Shown: piece after piece, positions 39,493 to 49,640 of the stretch | Layout: every line of letters starts with the position of its first letter | Numbering within the stretch: the first letter of the stretch is position 1 | Origin: Promethearchaeota archaeon | GTDB lineage: Archaea; Asgardarchaeota; Lokiarchaeia; Sigyniarchaeales; SOKP01 | DNA: 64,000 nt | Reading direction: 5' to 3' | Assembly: GCA_016839765.1 (NCBI GenBank) | Contig: JAEOTP010000016.1 | Span: 134,785 to 198,784, forward strand | Position numbers and translations under genes: made by a program | The notes under the pieces: model-generated | Told to the model about the DNA's origin: nothing | Database searches by the model: none | The model's input: only the letters and a program-made list of their open reading frames with translations

Positions 39493-40821
39493 TCATAAAG
39501 GAATCAAGGCGGTACTACCCGCTTTTTGAGCTTCATCAATAAGAGACATAAGTTCTTCAGTTGAAATCGGGACTAAGTCAAATACTGTCATACCTGCTAA
39601 TTTAAGTTCTGCTTTAACAGTTTCTGCTAGATTATTACAATCCCCTGAATAGAATACTTTCCTTTTACCAAACGCCTCTCTTAATTTATCGCCAACTTCA
39701 TCAATCGCACAATATCCTGCCACAAGACCTTTGATATATCCTTCAGCTTTTAATTTGTCCACAAGATTCTCGTCAAGTCCTTTACCCATTATTATGAACC
39801 AACCTCCTTTGAATTTTTCTGAATGATCATAAGCAAATGTTTGTAAAGCAGCGAGCGGATTGTTCTGACAACCTTCTATGCATAAAAGATTTTTTCCTTT
39901 GACGATCTTAACATTATCAGGAAACTCTTGCAATAAATCCCATTCATATTTCTCTTTATAATCGTCTAAATCTTTTCCAATTACCTCAATATTGCTTAAG
40001 TCTCCCTCACCTAATCCTCGCTCGTAAGCTATTTTTAGATGAGGAACTTCATTGAGAGTTAAACCAAAAATTCTTGCGCCTACAACATCAACGGATAATG
40101 TATCTCTCCCCGCGATCAAGATCTTAAACGGAATCACTAATTTATCCTCCCATGCTGTAGGTGGGTAATGTCCGTGAATAGTTCCTTCGGTTCCATCTAT
40201 AAGAGTAAAATCAGGTTTAATTAACTCATATACATCTACTAACTTCGAATGCAAATTATAATTATGATCTTTACCTCGGTCTGCATGCTGGGGAAATCCC
40301 CATTGATTCTTTATCCCCAGTGTAACTCTAGCTTGGCAATGCATTTTTAATTTTGGTAAATTTATATAAGTTAAAGAATCTCTGTTCTTCATTATCTTGA
40401 CAACTGTAGCAGGCAATCTAAAGGTATTCAAGTTATAGCCTGTACAATCATTTTCCGCTGGAGGTTTTCCTTTAAACTTAAAAGTATTTGTTACTTCCTC
40501 ATCTAAATATATTATATCTGCACCTGAGTCTTCGCAAACTTTCTTATAACCATTAATTGCAAAAACAACCCGGGTCATATTTGCCTGAGTTGAATTTTCC
40601 ATGACGTAAATCTTTACATCTTTTTCTTTAAGATATTGTATAACTGCTTCAAGTACTTCTGGAGATGTATATGAATGTTTTTTAAAATCAAGACCGTTAA
40701 CTTTTATGTAGACCTCTTTTGAGCTTTTTATTATAGGACCAGTTAGCTCAATTTTATCTAGAATTTTATTAATCGCAGATTTAATTCCTTGATTTGTATC
40801 TTCAATAAATACTTCTGTCAT
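39493..40821 (-). CDS. DUF362-domain (Fe-S-associated) protein
   Basis: INLPKLKMH, TLGIKNQWG, PDFTLIDG, D...VD, CIEGC, GDC. Confidence 0.85.
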   Translation of the reverse strand: MTEVFIEDTNQGIKSAINKILDKIELTGPIIKSSKEVYIKVNGLDFKKHSYTSPEVLEAVIQYLKEKDVKIYVMENSTQANMTRVVFAINGYKKVCEDSGADIIYLDEEVTNTFKFKGKPPAENDCTGYNLNTFRLPATVVKIMKNRDSLTYINLPKLKMHCQARVTLGIKNQWGFPQHADRGKDHNYNLHSKLVDVYELIKPDFTLIDGTEGTIHGHYPPTAWEDKLVIPFKILIAGRDTLSVDVVGARIFGLTLNEVPHLKIAYERGLGEGDLSNIEVIGKDLDDYKEKYEWDLLQEFPDNVKIVKGKNLLCIEGCQNNPLAALQTFAYDHSEKFKGGWFIIMGKGLDENLVDKLKAEGYIKGLVAGYCAIDEVGDKLREAFGKRKVFYSGDCNNLAETVKAELKLAGMTVFDLVPISTEELMSLIDEAQKAGSTALIPL

Positions 40822-40885
40822 AATTTTTAATAATAGTATCTTAAAGATAATAGTTTATAATAATTTCTAAGATTAAATTACATAT

Positions 40886-40951
40886 ATGTGACCAAAATGA
40901 TCACATTTAAATTGGATAATTTACTTTATTATATGATCAAATTGGTCATAT
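40886..40951. promoter_or_regulatory. Two imperfect palindromic operators, TGAYCA-N3-TGRTCA
   Basis: ATGTGACCAAAATGATCACAT (40886-40906) and ATATGATCAAATTGGTCATAT (40931-40951), between divergent DUF362 and PadR genes. Confidence 0.7.
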
Positions 40952-40985
40952 GATCAAAATAAAATAACATAAAATAGGGGATCTT

Positions 40986-41735
40986 TTGTTTAGAAGATTT
41001 GAAGATATAAATAATTTTCAGCCGAAGAGAAATGCAGGACCACCACTTTACCAAGGAAATCCAGGCCCAAATGAAACTCCACCCCCACATGAACCCCGGT
41101 CACCTTTTGGACCACCACCATTTTTTGGATCTCCACCTCATTTCAAACCCCCATTCCCTATGACCCTTGAAGGTTTTAAGGAAATGAAATATATAATGAT
41201 ATTGATGATACTTTCTGATAATCCAGAAGGTATTACTGGATATCAACTTCAAGAGCGGTTTAACATGCCAAGAGGAAATTTATTACGAACATTGGATGAT
41301 TTAGTTGAGTTGGAATACGTTAAAACTTCTGAGTCGGTGATTAAAGGTAGAGCTCAAAAGTTTTTCATTATTACAGAAGAAGGGAAGACATATCTAGATG
41401 ATTTAAAAAAAAAATGGATTGAAAGAGTCTCACAAATGCCAGAATTTGCTACACCAGTTATGCAAGGAAACTTTTTTATTAAAAAAGGGTTAGAAATGAT
41501 CCTATCACATCAATTAGATCTTCTGGAAACAAAAGAAGATGGATTAGAACTCTTTCGAGGATTGAGATCCAAACTAAATATGTTCATAGCTAAAATGACC
41601 GAGATATTAAAATACTTAAAAATCACTAAATCTGAATTAGATTCAATAATACAAAAAATCGAAGAAAAGGATGCTCTAGATATTGAAGAAATTAAAGAGA
41701 TGATTAAAGAATTCAAAAAGAAATTAGGGGAATAA
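40986..41735 (+). CDS. PadR-family transcriptional regulator with Pro-rich N-terminus
   Basis: ITGYQL...GNLLRTLDDLVELEYV...GRAQKFFIITEEGK. Confidence 0.85.
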   Translation: MFRRFEDINNFQPKRNAGPPLYQGNPGPNETPPPHEPRSPFGPPPFFGSPPHFKPPFPMTLEGFKEMKYIMILMILSDNPEGITGYQLQERFNMPRGNLLRTLDDLVELEYVKTSESVIKGRAQKFFIITEEGKTYLDDLKKKWIERVSQMPEFATPVMQGNFFIKKGLEMILSHQLDLLETKEDGLELFRGLRSKLNMFIAKMTEILKYLKITKSELDSIIQKIEEKDALDIEEIKEMIKEFKKKLGE

Positions 41736-41824
41736 AGAATTTATTTCAAAAAGTTAAATCAAGTCTGATATCAGATTTGAGACTATTGATAATGAAATAA
41801 TAATTTAACTAAAAAAATGGTATC

Positions 41825-42877
41825 ATGTCGGAAATAGTTATTAAACTTGAAAATTTGACAAAAAGATTCGGGAATTTTACGGCTGTAGATAATATTGATC
41901 TTGAGGTATGCCGAGGAGAAACAATTGGGCTAGTTGGTCCAAATGGAGCTGGAAAAACAACAACAATTAAAATGATTGCTAAAATCTTAAGACCAAATTC
42001 GGGAAGAATCTTAATTAGAACAAATCACAGTGAATTACTAGACTTACAGAACGTATCAAGTACAATTAGTCAAATGGGATTTTTAATAGATATCCCTAAT
42101 TTCTACAATATGACTGCTTTTCAATTACTCAAATATTTTGCTAAAATTCAAAAATATCCAAAAGATCAAACTGAAGCGAGAATTAACGAGCTTTTAATAC
42201 GTTTTAAACTTACTGAATGGAAACATGAAAAAGTCAAAAATTTTTCTAAAGGTATGACCCAGAAGCTAGGAATTATTCAGGCCATTATCCATGATCCTGA
42301 TATAATAATCCTAGATGAACCTCAAACTGGGTTAGATCCATTAGCGCGAATCGAAATCCGGAAATACATCCGAGATCTTCAATCGCAAGGAAAAACCATA
42401 TTCGTAGCGTCTCACATGTTATATGAGATTTCTGAAGTATGTGACAAAATTGCATTAATCAATTATGGAAAAATTATTGGATTTGATACAGTAGAAAATT
42501 TAGCAAAAAGCTTAAAAATTAATGTTTTAAACTGTATATTACTTAAACCTCTTAATACCAGTGATATAGATTCATTACTAAATCGTTTATCCAAAACACT
42601 TAGTCCTTATTTAGACCAGAACTTAGAAACTAGGATATCAAAAATTCCAGTAAGATATAAACCAGAAAAGCAAGAATTGAAATTTTATTTTGATGGTAAA
42701 AGTGAATCAAGAGGAGAAATACTCAAAATTTTAATTAAGGATTTCGAATCAGATTTTACTGTAATAGCATTTACTCAGCCGAAAACATCGCAACTGGAAA
42801 TGGTTTATTCACAAATGGTAAAAAATAATGAGCCAGAAGGTAAAAGAAAACTAAATGGGGATGTATTCAAAAATTGA
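41825..42877 (+). CDS. ABC-2 exporter ATP-binding protein
   Basis: GPNGAGKTT, FSKGM, LDEP, SH. Confidence 0.95.
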   Translation: MSEIVIKLENLTKRFGNFTAVDNIDLEVCRGETIGLVGPNGAGKTTTIKMIAKILRPNSGRILIRTNHSELLDLQNVSSTISQMGFLIDIPNFYNMTAFQLLKYFAKIQKYPKDQTEARINELLIRFKLTEWKHEKVKNFSKGMTQKLGIIQAIIHDPDIIILDEPQTGLDPLARIEIRKYIRDLQSQGKTIFVASHMLYEISEVCDKIALINYGKIIGFDTVENLAKSLKINVLNCILLKPLNTSDIDSLLNRLSKTLSPYLDQNLETRISKIPVRYKPEKQELKFYFDGKSESRGEILKILIKDFESDFTVIAFTQPKTSQLEMVYSQMVKNNEPEGKRKLNGDVFKN

Positions 42878-43719
42878 GAAATAATAATGAATATGGTATC
42901 GGATTAAAACCTATATTTGATACTGTAATATTTGAAATAAAAAAACAACGAAAGAAATTTTACTTCTTTTTAGGGGTTGCAATCTTGATCGTATTTTTGG
43001 TGGGTTATCTACTACAGCTATTTCCCGGTTATCTTCTACCGGATACACAAGCAGGTTATTTTAGCGGTGGTTTAACGTTCATTGAATTTCTAACTTTATT
43101 CTCAGCGTGTTTATTTTTCTCAGGGATTATTTGCTCTGAATTTGATAAAAAAACGGGGTTTATTGTCTTTCCAAAAATAAACAAATACAAATTGATACTA
43201 GGGAAATATCTTGGAAATTTAATTCTCGTTGTTTTTATTATGGCGATTTACTACTTTCTATTAGGGCTTCTAGGGTTTTTCTACTATGGTGGACCAATTA
43301 ACATTAGAATTTTTTATTCATTTGGTTTTGCAGTGCTATATGTGATTGCCTTAAGTAGTTTTGTCACACTATTTAGCTCATTTATGAAAAGTGTAAACGT
43401 AACAATTATTAGTACTTTATTAATTCTTCTTATCGGATTTACCATCGCGGATCAAATTGTTACCTTAATTTTTGCTGATAGTTTTGAACCTTTATACTCT
43501 ATAGTGTATTTAGGTGGCCTTATAACTTCGGTGCTCCAAAATCCATTTCCAGATCCTAGATATGCTGAAGTTACAATGGGTCCTCCTGGTATGGGTGGCG
43601 GTTTTACATTTGGCCAGTGGATAACGCCTAGTATTGAAATGGGGATTATTTTGCTTTTAGTATATATTGTCGTCTTTTTTGTATTAGCAGCAGTTCTATT
43701 CAAACGGAGGCAATTATAG
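42874..43719 (+). CDS. ABC-2 permease
   Basis: Six TM segments; ICSEFDKKT...LILGKYL; overlaps the ATPase stop. Confidence 0.88.
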   Translation: MRNNNEYGIGLKPIFDTVIFEIKKQRKKFYFFLGVAILIVFLVGYLLQLFPGYLLPDTQAGYFSGGLTFIEFLTLFSACLFFSGIICSEFDKKTGFIVFPKINKYKLILGKYLGNLILVVFIMAIYYFLLGLLGFFYYGGPINIRIFYSFGFAVLYVIALSSFVTLFSSFMKSVNVTIISTLLILLIGFTIADQIVTLIFADSFEPLYSIVYLGGLITSVLQNPFPDPRYAEVTMGPPGMGGGFTFGQWITPSIEMGIILLLVYIVVFFVLAAVLFKRRQL

Positions 43720-43733
43720 AGGAGGAGATTATA

Positions 43734-44702
43734 ATGTTAGAAAATAGAAAAAATTGGAAAAATATACTGATAACTTTATTGTTATTGTCATTATTAGGAA
43801 TTTCTTTCTTAAATGTAATGTCATTAGGGTTAGCACAGAGTAATAATTATGATTTAAAGTTAACGAAAGGAACTACTATTTTTTCAGTCGAAACTTATGA
43901 TGAAGATGCTTGGTTTAACACTGTTAGTAATTCTCTAAATCCTAGTCATTGGTTTGGTGGAGATGCAAATATTACTGGTGCCCAGAGTAAGATTACTATA
44001 AAAGGATGGTCTTATACAGAGTGGGGCACATTTAACGTTATATCTTCTATAGTTTTACCACAGGAACAACTACTGATCTTATATGCTCTCGCTGATTATG
44101 GATACAATAATACTGAGATAAATGAATATTATCCGAATACTTATTGGTTATGGAATAGTTTACAAGCAATATGGCCATTTACCAGCAATAATTTTGATGA
44201 AAAGCCAAATACTACAGAACAAAATATAATTTTAAAAGATCCCGAAGATTACAGGAAAATCTTAGATGATTATAACAAATTAGTAGCTCAGATTAAAAAT
44301 GATTCAGCAGTACCACTACCTATTAAAAATCAAATTTCTAATATAACAGCAGATGATTTATTATGGAAGTTGGCGCTTAATACTTTTGCTGCAGCTGAGC
44401 CTGTTGGAAATTATCTGTTAACAGTCACTGATGCGCTTGAAACTGAAAATATTACTGCTAGTAGTTGTAGCCTGATATTCAACCGGACTGGTTTAAATAA
44501 TTATACTGTTGAATTTGCGTATGGGGATCGCGGAACGCTTACTAGTGTAATAGTTAAAGATCAAATAGATAATACAATATATTACATAACAAGCATAAAT
44601 TCAGAATGGATATTCTATATGATATTAGCTATTGCTGTGGCTGCGAGCATTGGAATAATCGTAGTTTTAACTCTAAGAAGCAGGAAAATAAAGAGAGCAT
44701 AA
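43734..44702 (+). CDS. Secreted protein with C-terminal membrane anchor
   Basis: Signal-like N-terminus, multiple N-x-S/T, C-terminal TM plus RSRKIKRA; GGAGGAG SD. Confidence 0.8.
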   Translation: MLENRKNWKNILITLLLLSLLGISFLNVMSLGLAQSNNYDLKLTKGTTIFSVETYDEDAWFNTVSNSLNPSHWFGGDANITGAQSKITIKGWSYTEWGTFNVISSIVLPQEQLLILYALADYGYNNTEINEYYPNTYWLWNSLQAIWPFTSNNFDEKPNTTEQNIILKDPEDYRKILDDYNKLVAQIKNDSAVPLPIKNQISNITADDLLWKLALNTFAAAEPVGNYLLTVTDALETENITASSCSLIFNRTGLNNYTVEFAYGDRGTLTSVIVKDQIDNTIYYITSINSEWIFYMILAIAVAASIGIIVVLTLRSRKIKRA

Positions 44703-44782
44703 TTAAATCAAATTTTTTTTAATATTTTTATTTTATAATGAAAACATTATTTTTTTAATTAATATTTAACAAGAATAAGAAA

Positions 44783-46108
44783 ATGACTGAAAGTATAATA
44801 GAAGTAAGGAATTTAACAAAAATTTACGAGGATGGTAAAGTTTTAGCTGTTGACAACATTAGCTTTGATATAAAAAAAGGAGAAATCTTTGCTATGCTAG
44901 GTCCAAATGGAGCAGGAAAAACGACTACCATTAATATGCTTGCCACATTATTAGATCTTACGGAAGGTCAAGCACTTGTAAATAGTTATGATGTGGAGAA
45001 GCATCCAGATAAGGTTAGAAAGAGTATAGGTATTGTTTTCCAAGAACCTTCCCTGGATATTGATATGAAAGGATGGGAAAATTTGGAACTGCATGCCATC
45101 TTATACGGGATGTCGAAAAAGGATAGGCACCCTAAGATAAAAGAAGTCTTAAAACTTGTGGATCTTGAAGATAGAGCAGACACTTATGTGAAAAATTATT
45201 CCGGCGGGATGAAAAGAAGGTTAGAAATAGCTCGTGGATTAATTCATGAACCCAAAGTTTTATTTTTAGATGAACCTACTTTGGGATTAGATCCACAGAC
45301 AAGGAGAAAAATTTGGGATAAGATAAAAGAATTAAATCAAATTTCAGAAATAACAATCTTAATTACTACTCATTATATGGATGAAGCTGATGAGCTTGCT
45401 GATAGAATCTGTATAATGGATCATGGTAAAATTATTGCCTTAGACACATCCGAAAATCTTAAAAAACAATTATCTGGAGATGTTATAGACATACAATTTG
45501 AAAAAATTGAAGATAGGGTTAAATTACCCCAGATTATAACTCAAATAAGAGAAATCCCTGGAATAAAAAATATTTCATTTGGAGATGCTAAGGGACAACA
45601 AGATGAAATACCAATGAATTTAAATCTCCCTGCGAATATGCCTAATATTGATCCAGCAATAATACAAGCAAGAATGCGTGAAATAATGTCAAATCCTAAA
45701 AAGATGCTGGAGGCTTGGAACCGTTTTCCAATGGCAACCCAGATGTTCCTAAACGCTCCTTTAGAAGCAAAAAAGAGAATTGCGAATATGTTTGATGATG
45801 AACTTTTAGAAGAAGTACCAGACAACATAAAACAAGAGATTATAAAAATAAAAAAGGGTGAATATGAGGAGGAGGAACAGGATTTTGAACCGAAATTATC
45901 AATCTCTTGTGAAAGTGGAGGAAAGCAACTTCCTTTAATTGTACAAAGCATAAATGATAATAATTTAAAGATAAAAACCGTAAATATGCATGAACCTACC
46001 TTAGAAGATGTATTTTTACATTATGTTGGAAGCGCAATACGAGAAGAGTCTTCAAATAATACAAAAAATATTAAAAAATTTATTCAAATGAGGCAATTAA
46101 GGAAGTGA
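44783..46108 (+). CDS. DrrA-like ABC ATPase with a ~100-aa insertion
   Basis: GPNGAGKTT, YSGGMKRR, LDEPT, TTHYMDEA, C-terminal PTLEDVFL. Confidence 0.95.
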   Translation: MTESIIEVRNLTKIYEDGKVLAVDNISFDIKKGEIFAMLGPNGAGKTTTINMLATLLDLTEGQALVNSYDVEKHPDKVRKSIGIVFQEPSLDIDMKGWENLELHAILYGMSKKDRHPKIKEVLKLVDLEDRADTYVKNYSGGMKRRLEIARGLIHEPKVLFLDEPTLGLDPQTRRKIWDKIKELNQISEITILITTHYMDEADELADRICIMDHGKIIALDTSENLKKQLSGDVIDIQFEKIEDRVKLPQIITQIREIPGIKNISFGDAKGQQDEIPMNLNLPANMPNIDPAIIQARMREIMSNPKKMLEAWNRFPMATQMFLNAPLEAKKRIANMFDDELLEEVPDNIKQEIIKIKKGEYEEEEQDFEPKLSISCESGGKQLPLIVQSINDNNLKIKTVNMHEPTLEDVFLHYVGSAIREESSNNTKNIKKFIQMRQLRK

Positions 46109-46902
46109 TACATATGTCTGATTTAAGCATATTAGAATCAAGGATGAATTATGGTGCAGTATGGATATTAGCAAAAAGAGAGTTAATGAGTTTTTGGAGA
46201 AGTAAATCGAGAATAATATCATCATTGGTACAAAGTTTACTATTCTTGTTCGTATTTGGTGCAGGAATTACAGGATCTGTAACTATTGATGGAGTGATAA
46301 TTGATCCTAGAGCATTCGCAGGTTCAGGTGTCGCTGCAATAGTTATATTATTTACTGGGATATTCGGTGGTATGTCAGTTTTTCGGGATAAGATGTTTGG
46401 TTTCATGAAAGAATTATTAGTGGCACCAGTTAGTCGTAAAACACTTATGTTCGGAAGAACTTTGGGCATAGCTTTACAAACTCTAATGCAAGTAGCAATC
46501 GTGATTGGTTTAGGAATAGCAATTGGATATTTTGGGTATGATCTTAGTTTAATTTGGCGTTTTATGTTGATTTTACCTATAGCATTATTAGCAAGTATTG
46601 GGATTGTTGGGCTAGGATTAATTATAAGTTCCCGACTAAGAGACATGCAATCATTTGGGTTAATCCAAACCTTTATAGTCATGCCAATGTTTTGGTTGTC
46701 AGGCGCTTTAATTCCATTTCCACCAGAGTTTCAGATTGTAACGATGCTAAACCCATTTTCTTATAGTGTGGACTTATTTAGATTTGTTTTACTTGGTGTA
46801 TCCGTCTTTGAAATTTGGCTTGATATTATTGTTGTAGTTGGTTTTAGCACAATTCTGATATTGATCGGCGCCCGTTCATTCAATAAAATGGAAGTAAGTT
46901 AA
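46105..46902 (+). CDS. DrrB-like ABC-2 permease
   Basis: RDKMFGFMKELLVAPVSR, PMFWLSG, NPFSYSVD. Confidence 0.92.
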   Translation: MIHMSDLSILESRMNYGAVWILAKRELMSFWRSKSRIISSLVQSLLFLFVFGAGITGSVTIDGVIIDPRAFAGSGVAAIVILFTGIFGGMSVFRDKMFGFMKELLVAPVSRKTLMFGRTLGIALQTLMQVAIVIGLGIAIGYFGYDLSLIWRFMLILPIALLASIGIVGLGLIISSRLRDMQSFGLIQTFIVMPMFWLSGALIPFPPEFQIVTMLNPFSYSVDLFRFVLLGVSVFEIWLDIIVVVGFSTILILIGARSFNKMEVS

Positions 46903-47007
46903 TTTTTTTTTCTAATACTTTTTATTTTTAATATATAAACTTAAGGGGCAAGTTTTTTTTATATTTTTAATATCTTAAAATAAGGTTAACAAATTGTATA
47001 GAATACT

Positions 47008-47772
47008 ATGCCATTCTTTAATTATAATAACAAAAAAATCTTTTATCAAATAAAAAAAAAGGATAGTCAAAATGCTTTACTGTTTATTCATGGTTCTGGT
47101 AGCACATCAAATATATGGAAAAACCAATTTAATTTAGAAATACATTATGATATATTAGCTATTGACTTGCCTTCTCATAATAATTCTGATGTATTTTCTA
47201 GGCTTTCTCTCGATTTATATATAGATGTTCTTAAAGAATTCATCCAATCGATTAAATACGAGAACTTGATTTTATGTGGACATTCATTAGGTGGTGCAAT
47301 AACCCAAGCATATTACTTTAAACATCCAAATAAAGTTAAAGCGTTAATACTTTTTGGAACTGGTGGAAAATTACGAGTAAGCCAATTAATATTAGATTCG
47401 CTTAAAAATAATTATGATGAATATTTGAATTCATTGATTTTAAAGGCTTTTTATAAAAACACTCCAAAGAAAATCATTAAAAATTATAAAAAAGAAACTT
47501 CTAAAATAGGTTCGGAGATAACTTATCAAGATTTTAAAATTTGTGATAATTTTGATACTTTAGATAAGACAAGTACTATTAGCATCCCTTGTTTAATATT
47601 ATGTGGTGATTCGGATTATTTGACTCCTGTAAAATACTCACAATTTTTTCATGAGAAAATAAAAAAATCTAAGTTAGTTATAATTAAAAAAGCAGGTCAC
47701 ATGATTATGCTTGAACAACCAGAGATAGTTAATCAAGCAATTAAAGTTTTTTTAGATTTTGAATTAAACTGA
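47008..47772 (+). CDS. Alpha/beta hydrolase
   Basis: FIHG, GHSLGG, D.LTP, AGH. Confidence 0.92.
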   Translation: MPFFNYNNKKIFYQIKKKDSQNALLFIHGSGSTSNIWKNQFNLEIHYDILAIDLPSHNNSDVFSRLSLDLYIDVLKEFIQSIKYENLILCGHSLGGAITQAYYFKHPNKVKALILFGTGGKLRVSQLILDSLKNNYDEYLNSLILKAFYKNTPKKIIKNYKKETSKIGSEITYQDFKICDNFDTLDKTSTISIPCLILCGDSDYLTPVKYSQFFHEKIKKSKLVIIKKAGHMIMLEQPEIVNQAIKVFLDFELN

Positions 47773-47781
47773 ATTTATGTT

Positions 47782-48573
47782 ATGCCAAGAAAATATACTT
47801 ATGGTCCATATCCATCTAGAAGATTAGGATTATCCCTAGGAGTAGATATTTTACCTAAACAAAAATTATGTACATTTAATTGCGTATATTGTGAGATTGG
47901 GCCAACAATAAGGTTAGTATCACCAGAATACAGAATCAGCTTACCTCCTTCTTCTGAATTTAGAAAAGAATTGATAGATATATTAAAATATTTTCCCCAT
48001 TTAGATTCTATTACTTTTGGATATAATGGAGAACCTACGTTAAATGAAAATCTATTAGATTTTTATGCCATCACTACTGATGTCAGAGAAACGATGAGGT
48101 GGACGGGTGAGAAGCCAAAAATAACGATCTTTACAAATTCTAGTACTATATATTCTCAAGAGATACGAAATAAATTAATGAAATTTGATGTAGTAGTAGC
48201 AAAATTAGATGCTGCCTTAAGCTCAGACTTTCAAAGAACAAATCACCCTCATAATGAGATACTGGATATCGACGTGATAATAGATTCACTTGTAAAATTA
48301 AAGAATATTATGAAAGAAAATAAATTAGCTATTCAAGTTTTGATTTATAATTCTTATAGAAAAGATTTCATATCAAATAACAATGAAAGGAATATAGAAA
48401 AGCTAGCTTTAGCTATAAAAAAGATAAATCCCGATATTGTACAGATATATTCTATAGCTAGAATTCCAGCACAGTATTTTGTTTATTCTATTGATGATAA
48501 TAGAAAAAAGGAGATTGTTAAATGTTTTAAAGAAATCATAAATAACGATCAAATAAAAATAGAATATTATTAA
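47782..48573 (+). CDS. Radical SAM protein of unknown function
   Basis: GPYPSRRLGLSLGVD, CTFNCVYC, GEPTL. Confidence 0.9.
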   Translation: MPRKYTYGPYPSRRLGLSLGVDILPKQKLCTFNCVYCEIGPTIRLVSPEYRISLPPSSEFRKELIDILKYFPHLDSITFGYNGEPTLNENLLDFYAITTDVRETMRWTGEKPKITIFTNSSTIYSQEIRNKLMKFDVVVAKLDAALSSDFQRTNHPHNEILDIDVIIDSLVKLKNIMKENKLAIQVLIYNSYRKDFISNNNERNIEKLALAIKKINPDIVQIYSIARIPAQYFVYSIDDNRKKEIVKCFKEIINNDQIKIEYY

Positions 48574-48606
48574 ATTAAGTAATATATTATATTTTGTTAC
48601 CTCATT

Positions 48607-49620
48607 TTGGTGATTAAAGTGGAGAAATATATCGTAGGAGTCGATATTGGAGGTACGTGGATTAGAGCAGCTATTTCTTCAATGGATTTAAGAGAAGAAA
48701 ATATTAAAATAAAAACTACAAGAACTCTAAAGGAACATGAATATTCAATTAGTAATTCAGTTATCCTCTTGATTTCGGAGCTATTAGCGGAATATGATAT
48801 AAGCAATGAAGAAGTAATTGGAATTGGCCTTGCCTCAGCAGGACCTGTAGATATGGAAAAGGGGGAGGTCTTTAATAATGCTAATTTAGGATTTAGAGTT
48901 ATTCCCTTAGTTGAACCACTCCAAGATCGATTTCCTGAAATTCCAATTTATTTAATTAATGACGGCATTGCTTCAGTTCTAGGAATTCATTACTTTGAAG
49001 CCGAAGAGTACGAAAAAGATAATTTAGTATATATTACAATGTCTACAGGATTTGGTGGCGGGGTAATTTGTAATGGTCATTTATTACTGGGTAAAGAAGG
49101 TAATGCTGCCGAAATAGGGCACGCGATTGTGGAGCCACATAGCGACCATCAATGCAATTGTGGTGCTTATGGATGTTGGGAGGTATTTAGCTCGGGCACA
49201 GGTATAAAAAATAGAGCTTTGGAAGCATTAGAAACTAGTACTCTGAATTCGAAAATATTAATGTTTATGGTTGATAATGACCCTTCTCGAATTACAGCTA
49301 AAGAAATTTTCCAAGCTGCCAAGGGAGCAGATAAATTTTCTAAAAGTATTATTGAAATGAGTTTATATTATAATAAAATTGGAGTGGGGTTAGTTAATAA
49401 CTTTTATGATTGTAGGTCAATTTATTTTGGGGGAGCCTTAATGAAGGATCACGGCTTGATTATACCTTCTCTTGTCGAGCAATTTGAAAAAGATCCGTTA
49501 CAGTTTACCGTAAATCACCCACCTAATATTAAAGTTACTCGGTATCTAGATGATATTGGCGTAAGAGGTGCGTTGGTCTTAGTCAAGTACAAATTAGAAG
49601 GAAATCCAGTTATTGAGTAG
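48607..49620 (+). CDS. ROK-family sugar kinase (glucokinase-like)
   Basis: GVDIGGT, LIND, STGFGGG, EIGH, CNCGAYGCWE. Confidence 0.93.
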   Translation: MVIKVEKYIVGVDIGGTWIRAAISSMDLREENIKIKTTRTLKEHEYSISNSVILLISELLAEYDISNEEVIGIGLASAGPVDMEKGEVFNNANLGFRVIPLVEPLQDRFPEIPIYLINDGIASVLGIHYFEAEEYEKDNLVYITMSTGFGGGVICNGHLLLGKEGNAAEIGHAIVEPHSDHQCNCGAYGCWEVFSSGTGIKNRALEALETSTLNSKILMFMVDNDPSRITAKEIFQAAKGADKFSKSIIEMSLYYNKIGVGLVNNFYDCRSIYFGGALMKDHGLIIPSLVEQFEKDPLQFTVNHPPNIKVTRYLDDIGVRGALVLVKYKLEGNPVIE

Positions 49621-49640
49621 AGATATAAAATTTAAAAAAA

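Noticed and set aside
47782-48573. Radical SAM protein as Taw1 (wyosine) or MoaA
   Set aside because: It is short and lacks the additional Cys motifs I would expect; left unassigned.
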